From assembly GCA_965240325.2 (NCBI GenBank), contig OZ251247.1:806001-870000 (forward strand): a stretch of DNA of 64,000 bases, given 5' to 3'. Of the stretch, positions 34,675 through 45,651 are shown piece after piece. The stretch is from Rebecca billardiae RCC1528 (taxonomy: Eukaryota > Protista > Haptophyta). Position 1 is the first letter of the stretch. Every line of letters starts with the position of its first letter. The translations under genes were made by a program, and so were the position numbers. The notes below the pieces were generated by a model. It worked only from the letters and a program-made list of their open reading frames with translations, had not been told where the DNA came from and searched no databases.

Positions 34675-36287
34675 ATGGCTCGGACGCGACAGCGCAGCTG
34701 CGCGACGGCTCGTGCGCGCGCCCTCTCGAGCTCGCCGTCACAACCGCCGCTGGCGAGCCTGCCCCTGGAGCCGGTTGAGCGCATCCTGCACCATCTCGAA
34801 GCCACGCGTGATCTCGCCGCCGCCAACGCCGCCTCGCGCCTCTTCCGCGGCGCGCCGGGCGGCCGCTCGCCGGTCGAGCACGCGCTGCGTGCGCGCGCGC
34901 GCGCGCGCGGGCACGAGCGCGCGCTGCCCGCCGAGCTGCCCGCGATGGTTTGCACGTGGACCGAGTAGCTCCTCGCTCGCGAGCGCGTGCTCGAGCGTGC
35001 GCGTGCTCACGAGAGCGTCGTGGCCGCAGGCGGATTGGACAAGGCTGGCTTCAGCGCGTTTGTGGACGCGGAGGGCGGGCTGCACACGTGCGGCGAGGAG
35101 CAGGTGCGGGACGAGGACACTGGGGTGCGGACGGAGGAGTACCGCGCGCACGCGGCGCTGGGCCACCCTGGCGCCAATCCGGTGCGCCTTCCGACGCGCG
35201 TCGCCTCGCTCGGTGCGGTGCGCGTGGTCGCGGTGGCCGCTGGCACCCACCACCTGCTCGCGCTGAGCGATGCTGGGACGGTGTACGCGTGCGGCGGCAG
35301 GTGGAGCGGCCAGCCCGGGCACGGTGGCATGGCCATGCGACGGGTGTTCGAACCAGTGCGGCGTCTCGGGGCCCAGGCCGTCGTTGTAGGCATCGCCGCA
35401 GGCGGTTGGCACAGCCTCGCGCTCACCGCCGCCGGCTGTGCTTACAGCTGGGGCAACAACTGTTACGGCCAGCTCGGCCACGGCCACGGGAAGGACCGGT
35501 GGGATCCGACGCGCATCGAGGCGCTGGGCGGCGTGCGCGTGGCCGGGGTGGCCGCGGGCAGCGGGTTCACTCTGCTGCTGTCTGCGCGTGGCGCCGTGTT
35601 CTCATGCGGCCACGGCTTATTCGGCCAGCTCGGCCACGGCGGCACGCAGGATCAGCACACGCCGAGGCGCATCGAGGCGCTCGCGGGCGTGCGCGCGGTG
35701 CACGTGAGCGCGGGCGCTGCTCACAGCCTGGTGGTGGTCGCAGACGGCAGCGTGCACTCCTTCGGCTATGGCGAGCGAGGCGGCCTCGGCCATGGTGACG
35801 CTGCCAACGAGTGCATGCCCAGGCGGATCGAGGCACTTGCAGGCATGCGCGCCGTGCACGCCAGCGCTGGCTGCAACTGCAGCGCCGTGCTGGGCGCGGA
35901 CGGCAGCGTGCACACCTTCGGGGACCAGCGCAACGGCCAGCTGGGGCTCGAGGTGCCTGCAGCGAGCGCTGTGCAGCCCACGCGTGTGGCTGCCCTTGCG
36001 CAGGTGCTGGCTGGTACTCTCCGCCATCGCACTCTGTGCCCGCCGAGTAACGATGGCGGCGCAGTCCGGAGGAGAGTACCAGACAGGCGCAGGTGCGTGC
36101 AGTGGGCTGCGCCCTCAGCCTCCACCACGCGCTGTACGCCACCGCAGACGGTGGCGTGCACTCGTGCGGCAGGAAGTCGGCTGCGCTGGGCCTCGGGCTG
36201 AGCGCCGCTGCTGACGATGGCGACGCCGAGGCTGAGCACGTCGTCCGCTCGCTCACGCGCATCGCGCACCTGCCGCGCGTGCACTAG
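34675..36287 (+). pseudogene. F-box-like + RCC1-repeat pseudogene, copy 5
   Basis: In-frame GAG->TAG at 34966-34968, where copy 8 reads WTEELF. An 89-bp frameshifting MITE+TSD insertion sits at 36007-36095; removing it restores AQVRAVGCALSLHHALYATADG. Confidence 0.88.
36007..36086. mobile_element. 80-bp MITE with 16-bp TIRs and a 9-bp target-site duplication
   Basis: TIRs CTGGCTGGTACTCTCC / GGAGAGTACCAGACAG (15/16 complementary). TSD GCGCAGGTG at 35998-36006 and 36087-36095. Absent from all paralogs. Confidence 0.9.
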
Positions 36288-36628
36288 CCGCTAAGTTGGC
36301 GCGGCATCCGGTACGCTCTTGCTGATGACGAGACGAGGGCTCTGTAGGCGCCGTGGGCGCCATGCTCGGGCGCCTGGCCATACAGCAGCAGCCTGGACTA
36401 CTCCATGTAGCTACCTAGAGGCCACGCAGCGACACGGACGCGCGTACCATAGTGAACGGTCGTCACGCCTCGCCTATCGCCATTCGCCTCGCCAGGCGCC
36501 ATCCCGCGGCCGCTCCGAAGTGAAAGTGAAAGTCCGGCGAGGGCTGGAGAGCTGCGGATCCCGCTCAGTGTGCAGCCGTAGCTCCGTGCCGAGCCCGTGC
36601 CCTGTTGATCAGCAGCAGCAATTGAGCA

Positions 36629-38185
36629 ATGGGTGCTCGGACGCGACAGAGCAGCGGCGCGGCGCGTGCGCGCGCCCTCGCGACTAGCTCGCCGTCGCAG
36701 CCGCCAATCGCTGGCCTGCCCCCGGAGCTGGTTGAGCGCATCCTGCACCACATCGACGCCCCGCGTGATCTCGCCGCCGCCAACGCCGCCTCGCGCCTCT
36801 TCCGCGGCGCGCCGGGCGGCCGCTCGCCGGTCGAGCACGCGCTGCGCGAACGCGCGCGCCTACGCGGACACGCGCGCGCGCTGCCCACCGAGCTGCCCGC
36901 GGGCTCGCGCACGTGGTCTGCTGAGCTCTTCGCGCGCGAGTGCGTGGCTGCGTCCGCACGTGCGCACGCGGCCGTCGTCGCGTGCGGTGACAACTTCAGC
37001 GCGTTTGTGGACGCGGAGGGCGGGCTGCACACGTGCGGGGAGGAGGAGGAGGAGGACGAGATCACCGGGGAGCTAACGGGGGGGACCCGCTCGCCGGCGG
37101 CGCTCGGCTACCTGGACCTCTCGGCTCTGCGCCTACCGACGCGCGTGGCCTCGCTCTGCGCGGTGCGCGTGGTCGCGGTGGCCGCTAGCTACCACCACCT
37201 GCTCGCGCTGAGCGATGCTGGGACGGTGTACGCGTGCGGCGAGAACCACGACGGCCAGCTCGGGCTGGGGGACACGGCCACGCGGCGGGCGTTTGAGCAG
37301 GTGCGGGGGCTCGAGGCTGAGCCCGCCGTATGCATTGCCGCAGGCTCGGGGTATAGCCTCGCGCTCAGCGCCGCGGGCTGTGCGTACAGCTGGGGCCGCA
37401 ACGGCTGTGGCCAGCTCGGCCACGGCGACGCGAAGGAGCGGTGGGAGCCGACGCGCATCGAGGCGCTGGACGGCGTGCGCGTGGGCGGCGTTGCAGCTGG
37501 GGCTGGACACACGCTACTGCTCTCGGCGCAAGGCGCGGTCTACTCGTGCGGCTGGGGCTACAAGGGCCGTCTCGGCCACGGCGACGAGCAGGATCAGCAC
37601 ACGCCGAGGCGCATCGAGGCGCTCGCGGGCGTGCGCGCCGTGCACGTGAGCGCGGGCGAAGCTCACAGCCTGGTGGTGGACGCATCGGGCAGCGTGCACA
37701 CCTTCGGCGTGAGCTTAGGGGGCGCCGTCTGCCATGTCGCCGACGGCAACCACACCCAGTCCGTGCCCAGGCGCATAGTGGGGCTTGCAGGCGCGCGCGT
37801 CGTGCGCGCGTGCGCTGGCCTCGACAGGAGCGCGGTGCTGGGTGCAGACGGCAGCGTGCACACGTTCGGGGACAACGACCACGGCCAGCTCGGACCCGAC
37901 GGGGTGGCAGCGAGCTCGGAGGAGCCCGCGCATGTGACCGCTTTCGGTCAGACGGGCGTGGTGGACTGCGCGCTCGGTCAGGTCCACGCGCTGTACGTCA
38001 CGGCGGACGGTGGCGTGCACGCGTGTGGGACGCGGTGTGCGGCGCTCGGCCTCGGACTGAGCGGTGCTGCTGACACCGCTGGCGACCCCGAGGAGGAGCA
38101 ATTCCACCCGCTCACGCGCATCGCGCACCTGCCGCGCGTGAACTCATGCAGGATCGGCGAGATGGCGGTTCGCGCTTGCGGCTAG
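36629..38185 (+). CDS. F-box-like + RCC1-repeat protein, copy 6
   Basis: IAGLPPELVERILHHIDAPRDLAAANAASRLF F-box-like motif, seven RCC1 blades, intact ORF. Confidence 0.9.
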   Translation: MGARTRQSSGAARARALATSSPSQPPIAGLPPELVERILHHIDAPRDLAAANAASRLFRGAPGGRSPVEHALRERARLRGHARALPTELPAGSRTWSAELFARECVAASARAHAAVVACGDNFSAFVDAEGGLHTCGEEEEEDEITGELTGGTRSPAALGYLDLSALRLPTRVASLCAVRVVAVAASYHHLLALSDAGTVYACGENHDGQLGLGDTATRRAFEQVRGLEAEPAVCIAAGSGYSLALSAAGCAYSWGRNGCGQLGHGDAKERWEPTRIEALDGVRVGGVAAGAGHTLLLSAQGAVYSCGWGYKGRLGHGDEQDQHTPRRIEALAGVRAVHVSAGEAHSLVVDASGSVHTFGVSLGGAVCHVADGNHTQSVPRRIVGLAGARVVRACAGLDRSAVLGADGSVHTFGDNDHGQLGPDGVAASSEEPAHVTAFGQTGVVDCALGQVHALYVTADGGVHACGTRCAALGLGLSGAADTAGDPEEEQFHPLTRIAHLPRVNSCRIGEMAVRACG

Positions 38186-38461
38186 ACGCGCGCGCACAGC
38201 GAGGCCAGGCTACCGCCGAATTCGTCGGGGGCGGGGGCGGGGGCGGGGGGCGTTCCATCACTCATCGTCGGCGATGGCCGATGAGTGATAGATGACGATC
38301 GAATTTAGGCCGCCGCCCCGAATCTCATACGACATGATGACGATGAGCAGAGTACTTTCAACTTGGCTGCTGGAAAAGAGGAAAGCCCCGCCTCCGCCCG
38401 CCCGCCCAGTGCCCTGCCCATCATCCCCGCCTCGCGCCCGCCCATCATCGGCGGCACATCA

Positions 38462-39979
38462 ATGGTTGTTCGGACGCGACAGAGCAGCGGCGCGGCTCGT
38501 GCGCGCGCCCTCGCGACGAGCTCGCCGTCGCAGCCGCCAATCGCTGGCCTGCCCCCGGAGTTGATTGAGCGCATCCTGCACCACGTCGACGCCCCGCGTG
38601 ATCTTGCCGCCGCCAACGCCACCTCGCGCCTCTTCCGCGGCGCGCCGGGCGGCCGCTCGCCGGTCGAGCATGCGCTGCGCGCGCGCGCACATGCTCGCGG
38701 ACACGCGCGCGCACTGCCTGCCAAGCTGCCCGCGGGTGCGCGCACGTGGTCTGCTGAGCTCTTCGCGCGCGAATGCGTGGCCGCGTCCGCACGTGCTCAC
38801 TTGTTCGTCATCGCGTGCGGCGACAACTTCAGCGCGTTTGTGGACGCGGAGGGCGGGCTGCACACGTGCGGCGAGGAGCAGGTGGAGTGGGATGGGCTCG
38901 AGCCAACGGGGGCTTACCACGTGCACATGGCACTGGGCCATCCTGACGTCACGCCAGTGCTCATACCGACGCGCGTCGCCTCGCTCAGCGAAGTGCGCGT
39001 GGTCGCTGTGTCCGCTGGCTACCGCCACCTGCTCGCACTGAGCGAGGCTGGGACGGTGTACGCGTGCGGCAACAACAGCTGCGGGCAGCTCGGGCTCGGG
39101 GGCACGAAGGATCGGCGGGCGTTTGAGCAGCTGCAGGGGTTCGAGGCCGAGGTCATCGTGTGCATTGCCGCAGGCGGGTTCAACAGCCTCGCCCTCACCG
39201 CTGCTGGCAGTGCGTACAGCTGGGGCGCCAACGAGTGCGGCCAGCTCGGCCACGGCGACAGGAAGGAGCGGTGGAAGCCGACGCGCATCGAGGCGCTGGA
39301 TGGCGTGCGCATTGGCGGCGTGTCCACGGGAGAGGGCCACCCGCTGCTGCTCGCCGCATGCGGGGCTGTCTACTCGTGTGGCTATGGCAACCCTGGCCAG
39401 CTCGGCCACTGCGGCCAGCAGAATCAGCACATGCCCAGGCGCATCAAGGCGCTCGCGGGCGTGCGCGCCGTGCACGTGAGCGCGGGCGAGGCGCACAGCC
39501 TGGTGGTGGACGCAGCAGGCAGCGTGCACTCCTTCGGCTGGGGCGAAGGCGGCTCTCTCGGCCACGGCGACGAGGCCATCCAGCGCGTGCCCAAGCGCGT
39601 CGAGGCGCTGGCGGGCGTGCGTGCAGTGCGCGCGTGTGCTGGCTACTGGATCAGCGCGGTGCTGGGCGCGGACGGCAGCGTGCACACGTTCGGGGACAAC
39701 AACAACGGCCAGCTGGGGCTCGGCGAGGCGGTGGTAACTGTCGCTCAGCCCACGCGCGTCGCTGCCTTCGAGCAGACGCGTGTGCTGGACTGCGCGCTCG
39801 GTCAGGTCCACGCGCTGTACGCCACTGCGGACGGTGGCGTGTACTCGTGCGGCAGGCAGTCGGCTGCGCTCGGCCTCGGGCTGCGCGCCACTGCAGAGGA
39901 TCCGCGGGACGCCGATGCTGAGCGCGTCCACTCGCTTACGCGCATCGCGCGCCTGCCGTGTGTGTGGCGGCGGCCTTAA
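38462..39979 (+). CDS. F-box-like + RCC1-repeat protein, copy 7
   Basis: ATG 38462 (MVVRTRQSSG) matches paralog starts; seven RCC1 blades. Confidence 0.9.
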   Translation: MVVRTRQSSGAARARALATSSPSQPPIAGLPPELIERILHHVDAPRDLAAANATSRLFRGAPGGRSPVEHALRARAHARGHARALPAKLPAGARTWSAELFARECVAASARAHLFVIACGDNFSAFVDAEGGLHTCGEEQVEWDGLEPTGAYHVHMALGHPDVTPVLIPTRVASLSEVRVVAVSAGYRHLLALSEAGTVYACGNNSCGQLGLGGTKDRRAFEQLQGFEAEVIVCIAAGGFNSLALTAAGSAYSWGANECGQLGHGDRKERWKPTRIEALDGVRIGGVSTGEGHPLLLAACGAVYSCGYGNPGQLGHCGQQNQHMPRRIKALAGVRAVHVSAGEAHSLVVDAAGSVHSFGWGEGGSLGHGDEAIQRVPKRVEALAGVRAVRACAGYWISAVLGADGSVHTFGDNNNGQLGLGEAVVTVAQPTRVAAFEQTRVLDCALGQVHALYATADGGVYSCGRQSAALGLGLRATAEDPRDADAERVHSLTRIARLPCVWRRP

Positions 39980-40189
39980 GTTTCGGCGCGCGGCATATCC
40001 GCCGCGGACCGATGGCGATCCGCGTGACGGACTGCGATCGGACAGAGGTCATTATCATTATAATCCCGACTACTGTATTCTGACGACGCCTATCTGATGA
40101 GCGCTAGATATAGCGCGCAGCGTGGTACTTGACGCGCGGACAAGATCGAGTGATTAGATCACCGCGACAGCATCAAGTCGTGTATAGAC

Positions 40190-40193
40190 AAGA

Positions 40194-40233
<40 letters not shown>

Positions 40234-40365
40234 CGAGAGCTAGAGAGAGAGAGCAGAGAGTAGAGAGAGAGAGTGACGCCGAGAGTCAGAGAGAGAGAGT
40301 CCGAGAGACGATCGAGATGAGAGAGAGAGAGCTAACGGAGCTAACGGAGAGAGAGAGAGAGAGAG
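40190..40365 (+). repeat. Imperfect (GA)n microsatellite field
   Basis: Read directly. Confidence 0.9.
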
Positions 40366-41075
40366 CAAGCTCAGAGACTGACGGCGGCCAATAATAAGAG
40401 AGTATGTGGCGTATCCGATCGAGACGACGGTGAGCTAGCAGATCGACGACGAGCAGTAGTATAGCAGTATGTATATATCGGCATCGCGTCATCCAGACGA
40501 TGCGAGTATCTATAGCGAGTAATGACGATGACGATGATGATGGCGCAGATTGGCGTTAGTCCGAGACTCCGCGCAGCGACGCAGTGCACAGTGCAGTATC
40601 TGGTATCGCGCGTAGTCATCTAAGCAGCAGCCATCCGGTAGTCATCCGCCGAGCTCAGTGGCTCTGCGCCCCAGCCAAGCGCTGCACGGACAGCCGGTCA
40701 GCCAGCAGCTGAGTGCAGTCAGAGTCGCGGGTTCCCGAACCGATCGGCGTCTCGGACCTCCGCGCTGGATACAACGTGTGAGTCGTCTGCGACGATAGTA
40801 GATCAGTCGTGGTAGTCCGCGCCCTCTGCATCACTGCGGCGCGCGGCGGCAGCGGCATCGTAGTTGCACATGGGCCGTGCGCATCCGATATCAGTGCTCG
40901 GCCATCGAATAGCGCGCGCTGTACCGGTACGCTCTGCTGTGTCACATGGCAGCTTGCGGCTCCGAGCGCGCGGTGTGCCGGTACGCAGGGCTGAGTGATG
41001 GCTCAGGCAGCAGCGCTCAGCGCACCTCCGGGCGGCGGCCGCGTGGCGTGGAGCACCGCCGCACACACCAGTGGC

Positions 41076-42279
41076 TCACGGCGCCAGCAGCCCGCCCTTC
41101 AACTCGCACGTCTCCACGATGCCCTCGTCAGAGAGGCCGAAATCCAGCTTTTTCAGGGCGGCGAACTCTGCCAGGCTGAGCTTGCCGTCACCGTCCTTGT
41201 CACAGCTCGGGTAGAACATGCCCTCTGGCGGGTACCCGTCCTCGTCGAGGATTGGGCTCGCGGGCAGCTCCGAGCATTTGGGCGCGTACTCGTAGCCCTC
41301 GTCGCCCGGCTCTCCGTAATGGTGCACTGTGAACGCACAGAACTCCGCCTGCGTCCACGCGCCGTCGCCGTCCGCGTCAAAGCGAGCATGCAGAAACTTG
41401 TTCAACGGCGCGTGCACCTTGTCGTGCTCGCTACGAAACGCGTCGAGCTCGCTGCCGCTGAGCACGCCGTCGCCGTCGGCGTCGACTGCAGCGATCGCCT
41501 GCGCCATGAGCTCGGGTGTGATGGCCGGGTCACCGTAGTCATTGCTAGCGCACAGCTCCTGCGGCAGCAGAGGGGGAAGAGGGCGAGCGGGAGCGAAGGG
41601 TATGCCGATCCGTGCATCACACCGTACGCGGTAGCAAAGGGGTGCAGAGGGCGGGCGAGCAGAGGGTGCAGGGGGCGAGCGGGAGCGTGCGCTCAGACTC
41701 TGGCACGGAGGGGCAGCTCAGCTGGAGCAGGCCGAGCACGCGGGGCAGCGCACGGGCGCACCTCGCTCGTCAACTTGCCGTCTTCGTCCGCGTCCGCGTC
41801 TTCGATCCAGTACCGGTCTTTCATGGCATCCCAGTGGCCGATGATCGCGAGCCCCTGCCCACTCCCCTCGCTGGGGCTCAGCTTGCCGTCACCGTCGGTG
41901 TCGAGCTCCGCGATCTGTACGGCAGCCACTTCGATGGGCAAGCCTTCGTAGCCCGGCCGGCCCTTCAGGCGCGAGACGAAGGCCTGCAACGCAGCGTGGG
42001 GCCATCGACAGCCACACGCCACTCAGGCCGCAGTGCAAGCGGGCGCGGGCGCACCGCCGCCGTGCGGCGCATGCGCCTGGGGGGGCGCGCGCACACCTCG
42101 GGGCTCAGCGCCTGGGTCTCGCCGGGGAAGAGGTCGTCGTACATGTAGTCGGTCAAAGAGATCCACTTGTTGGCGCGGCTACCGCCGTCGAGAATGGCGA
42201 GGCACACGAGCGTGAGGAGCGCGGCCAGCGCCGCCGACGCGGCGCAGCCGAGAACGTGCGTTCGCTTAATGACCGCCAT
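41076..42279 (-). CDS. Signal-anchored multi-EF-hand calcium-binding protein (~295 aa)
   Basis: Exons 42279-42097, 41983-41762 and 41558-41076 (GT-AG, phase 0). N-terminal hydrophobic AALAALLTLVCLAIL. EF-hand loops DTDGDGKLSPSE, DADEDGKLTSEE (completed across a splice junction), DADGDGVLSGSE, DADGDGAWTQAE, DKDGDGKLSLAE. Confidence 0.85.
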
Positions 42280-42475
42280 GACCGTCTGGTTCTGCGACGG
42301 GCGACGGCCGGCCGGGCCGCGGGGGGGCTTTCCCTTCCAGTTCGGCTCAACTCCCGCGCGCCCAGGCCGGCCACTCCGGACCAACCGGCAAGGAGGAGCC
42401 ACCGGACCGGGCGGGGAGGGCTCCGGACAGCCGGAGCGCAAAGGGCCCGCCTTCCCCGTTCGATCAGCGCCAGCA

Positions 42476-43996
42476 ATGGTTCGGACTACACGACAGAGCG
42501 GCGGTGAGGCTCGTGCGCGCGCCTTCGCGTGCTCTCCGTCGCAGCCGCCACTGGCCGGCCTGCCACCGGAGCTGATCGAGCGCACCCTGCACCACATCGA
42601 TGCCATGCGTGATCTCGCCGCCGCCAACGCCGCCTCGCGCCTCTTCCGCGGCGCGCCGGGCGGCCGCTCGCCGGTCGAGCACGCGCTGCGTGCGCGCGCG
42701 CGCGCGCGTGGGCACGAGCGCGCGCTGCCCACCGAGCTGCCCGCAGGCGTGCGCACGTGGACCGAGGAGCTCTTCGCGCGCGAGCGCGTGGCCGCCTCCG
42801 CGCGTGCTCACTCCACCGTTGTCGCGTGCGGCGACAGCTCCAGCGCGTTTGTGGACGCGGAGGGCGGGCTGCACACGTGCGGCGAGGAGGCGGTGCGAGA
42901 CGAGCACACTGGGCAGCCGACGGGCGATTACCGCTCGCACGTGGCACTCGGTCACTCCGGCGACGATCCGGTGCTCCTCCCGACGCGCGTGGCCTCGCTC
43001 AGCGCGGTGCGTATCCGCGCGGTGGCTGCGGTTACCCAGCACCTGCTCGCGCTGAGCGAGGCTGGGACGGTGTACGCGTGCGGCGACAACAGCTGCGGCC
43101 AGCTCGGGCTAGGGGACGCAGCCGCGCGGCGGGTGTTCGAGCAGGTGCGTGGGCTCGGCGCTCAGCTGATCGTCGGCATCGCCGCCGGCGTTGGGCACAG
43201 CCTCGCGCTCAGCGCCGCTGGGTGCGCGTACAGCTGGGGTGCCAACAACTGCGGCCAGCTCGGCCACGGTGACACGGAGGAGCGGCGGGAGCCGACGCGC
43301 ATCGAGGCGCTGGACGGCGTGCGCGTTGGCGGCGCGGGCGCAGGTGTGATGCACACGCTGCTGCTCTCCACCACTGGCTCCGTCTACTCCTGTGGCCATG
43401 GCGGTTGCGGCCAGCTCGGCCACGGCGACGGGCAGGCTCAGCACACGCCGAGGCGCATCGAGGCGCTCGCGGGCGTGCGCGCCGTGCACGTGAGCGCGGG
43501 CGGGTGGCACAACCTGGTGGTCGACGCGGCGGGTGGCGTGCACTCGTTCGGCTCCGGTGGGCGCGGCTGCCTCGCGCATGGCGGCACGGCCGCCCACTCT
43601 GCCCCCCGGCGCGTCGACGCGCTCGCTGGCGTGCACGCCGTGCGCGCCAGCGCCAGCAGTCTGCTCAGCAGCGCGGTGCTGGGCGCGGACGGCAGCGCGC
43701 ACGCGTTCGGGAACAATGTTGACAACCTGCTGGGCCTGGGGCTCGGCGTGGCGGCGACGAGAGTCGTCCAGCCCACGCGGTTGGTCGTCAGCGGGCAGGC
43801 GCGCGTGGTGGACTGCTCGGTCGGCGGTGACCACGCGCTGTACGTCACAGCGGACGGCAGCGTGCACTCGTGCGGCGAGCGGTCGGCCGCGCTCGGCCGC
43901 GGGACGACGACGGCAGCCGGTGGATGGAGGGGCGGCGCAGAGTGCCATCCACTCGCTCACGCGCATCGCGCGCCTGCCGCGCGTGCGGCCACTTAG
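42476..43996 (+). CDS. F-box-like + RCC1-repeat protein, copy 8 (C-terminal frameshift)
   Basis: ATG 42476 (MVRTTRQSGG). The conserved tail HSLTRIARLPRV lies in another frame (ending 44039), which implies an indel near 43900-43940. Confidence 0.82.
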   Translation: MVRTTRQSGGEARARAFACSPSQPPLAGLPPELIERTLHHIDAMRDLAAANAASRLFRGAPGGRSPVEHALRARARARGHERALPTELPAGVRTWTEELFARERVAASARAHSTVVACGDSSSAFVDAEGGLHTCGEEAVRDEHTGQPTGDYRSHVALGHSGDDPVLLPTRVASLSAVRIRAVAAVTQHLLALSEAGTVYACGDNSCGQLGLGDAAARRVFEQVRGLGAQLIVGIAAGVGHSLALSAAGCAYSWGANNCGQLGHGDTEERREPTRIEALDGVRVGGAGAGVMHTLLLSTTGSVYSCGHGGCGQLGHGDGQAQHTPRRIEALAGVRAVHVSAGGWHNLVVDAAGGVHSFGSGGRGCLAHGGTAAHSAPRRVDALAGVHAVRASASSLLSSAVLGADGSAHAFGNNVDNLLGLGLGVAATRVVQPTRLVVSGQARVVDCSVGGDHALYVTADGSVHSCGERSAALGRGTTTAAGGWRGGAECHPLAHAHRAPAARAAT

Positions 43997-44572
43997 CAAC
44001 GGAGAGCGGGACTTGGGCTTTTTGGATCGACGTAACTAGAGGCTCGGCGCGTCGGCCCGGCTCGGACACGATAACGACCCCCGGGCTGTCGGACTGTCCG
44101 AATCGGACTGTCAATCGGACTGTCCGATCCAGCACGCTGCCGTGCCCCATCAAGTGGCGCACGGCGGTTATATACCGTTCGGCTGATGATATAGACTGCT
44201 GGCATCTGATGACAGTCTGACTCGCTGACGTACACGGCCCGAGCCGACGCTACTACAGAGTACAGCTAGACGAGCAGTAGTTCGTTCAATATATATATAA
44301 TATATTCGTTCGCGCGTATCGTTGTCACGGCCCGGGGCCCGCGACAGACGGGCGGCGCGACGGCCCGCGGCGGAGCCGCGCGCCGGACCAGCGGCCGGGC
44401 GGCGGCTCGGACTTGCGCGACGGGTCGATCTGCAGGCGCCGGCGAAGAGGGCTCGCGTCGAATCGCGCCGATGAGTGCGCCTACATACAGTGTTGTGAGG
44501 CGCGCGTCCGTCGTCCGGCACTGTCCGCGCTGTCAACGAACCGCCGGCGGTCACTGAACCATCGTAACTGAG

Positions 44573-45472
44573 CTACCCGTAGCAGTTGCAGATCTTGCTT
44601 CCGCTCAAGCACGGCTCGCCCAGGTCGGCGAAATGGCCGTTGGCGACGACGCACTGCGTCGCGTGCGGGAAGCACTCGCCCTCGCACGCCGGCGCGGTGC
44701 CGGAGATGAACGACTGCCCGCGACGGCCCGCGCTGCGGCAGAAGCGCTCGCACGTCAGCCGCCCCCCGTGCACTGCCGGCGTCCCCTCGGGCCGGTGGCG
44801 CGCGCAGCAGCAGAGCTTGGGCAGAGCATTCTCGCACTCGTCGCCAAAGTCGCGCAGCCCGTACCGGTTACGCCCGTGGGCGTCATTGTTGGCTTCCGAG
44901 CACGCGCCGCCGTGCGGCAGGCCGCCGTGGCAGTCCTCGTGGCACGTGGGCTTGCAGAAGGGAGCGGTGCCGAGCACGACGCCGCGCCCGCGGCCGCCCG
45001 CGCCGCACCACTCGTCGCAGCTCAGCGGCGTCGGCAGCGCCGGGGCGGGCTCGGCGGATCCACCGGGCGCGGTGGCGCAGCAGCAGATACCCGCGCCCGC
45101 CTCCGGGTTGGACTTGGCCATCGCGACCGCGACGTGGTGCGACGCGCACCGGTCGGCATAGTCGTCCTGCCACTGGCCCGGCCACGTGCGGAAGGGGAAG
45201 TAGTCGACGTAGCCGGTGACGCCGCCGTGCTCGAGGCACCAGCCGGCGCAACCATCCTCGCTGACCCGGGTGTATTGCCGCCCGACCGCCGCACGGAGAG
45301 CCTGGTCGCCGGCCGCCGCCGCCGCGTCGGAGGGCGCGTCGGCCTGTGCGCGCTGCGCGGCCGGAGGGTCGGCGAGGCGCGCGCGGAGCGCGACGCCGGC
45401 GAGGAGGAGGGCTGCAAGGCCGCCCGCCGACGCCGCGGCGCCTGTGAGCAGGCGCTTGGTCGTCAGGGGCAT
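44573..45472 (-). CDS. Signal-anchored/secreted cysteine-rich protein with three Cys-repeat modules
   Basis: 299-aa intronless ORF with a hydrophobic N-terminus (GGLAALLLAGVAL). Modules start CxxW/FC and end CCC/CNC; two contain GTAP(F/A)C and D(F/L)GxxC..K(L/I)C. Confidence 0.78.
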   Translation of the reverse strand: MPLTTKRLLTGAAASAGGLAALLLAGVALRARLADPPAAQRAQADAPSDAAAAAGDQALRAAVGRQYTRVSEDGCAGWCLEHGGVTGYVDYFPFRTWPGQWQDDYADRCASHHVAVAMAKSNPEAGAGICCCATAPGGSAEPAPALPTPLSCDEWCGAGGRGRGVVLGTAPFCKPTCHEDCHGGLPHGGACSEANNDAHGRNRYGLRDFGDECENALPKLCCCARHRPEGTPAVHGGRLTCERFCRSAGRRGQSFISGTAPACEGECFPHATQCVVANGHFADLGEPCLSGSKICNCYG

Positions 45473-45651
45473 GCCAGCTCCTTACGGCGTAGCCGCCAAG
45501 CTGCGCGTCGTCGACGAACGCGCGCGTCCCGCGCCCATTCACTTCTGCCGCCACCGAGCCGAGCGGCCGTGCCCCGGCCCCCGGCCGCCGAGCGGCGTGC
45601 CTGCGGCTGTGGAGCCTGGCGGTGGGGTTGGTCCGCCGCAAGCAACCCAAT

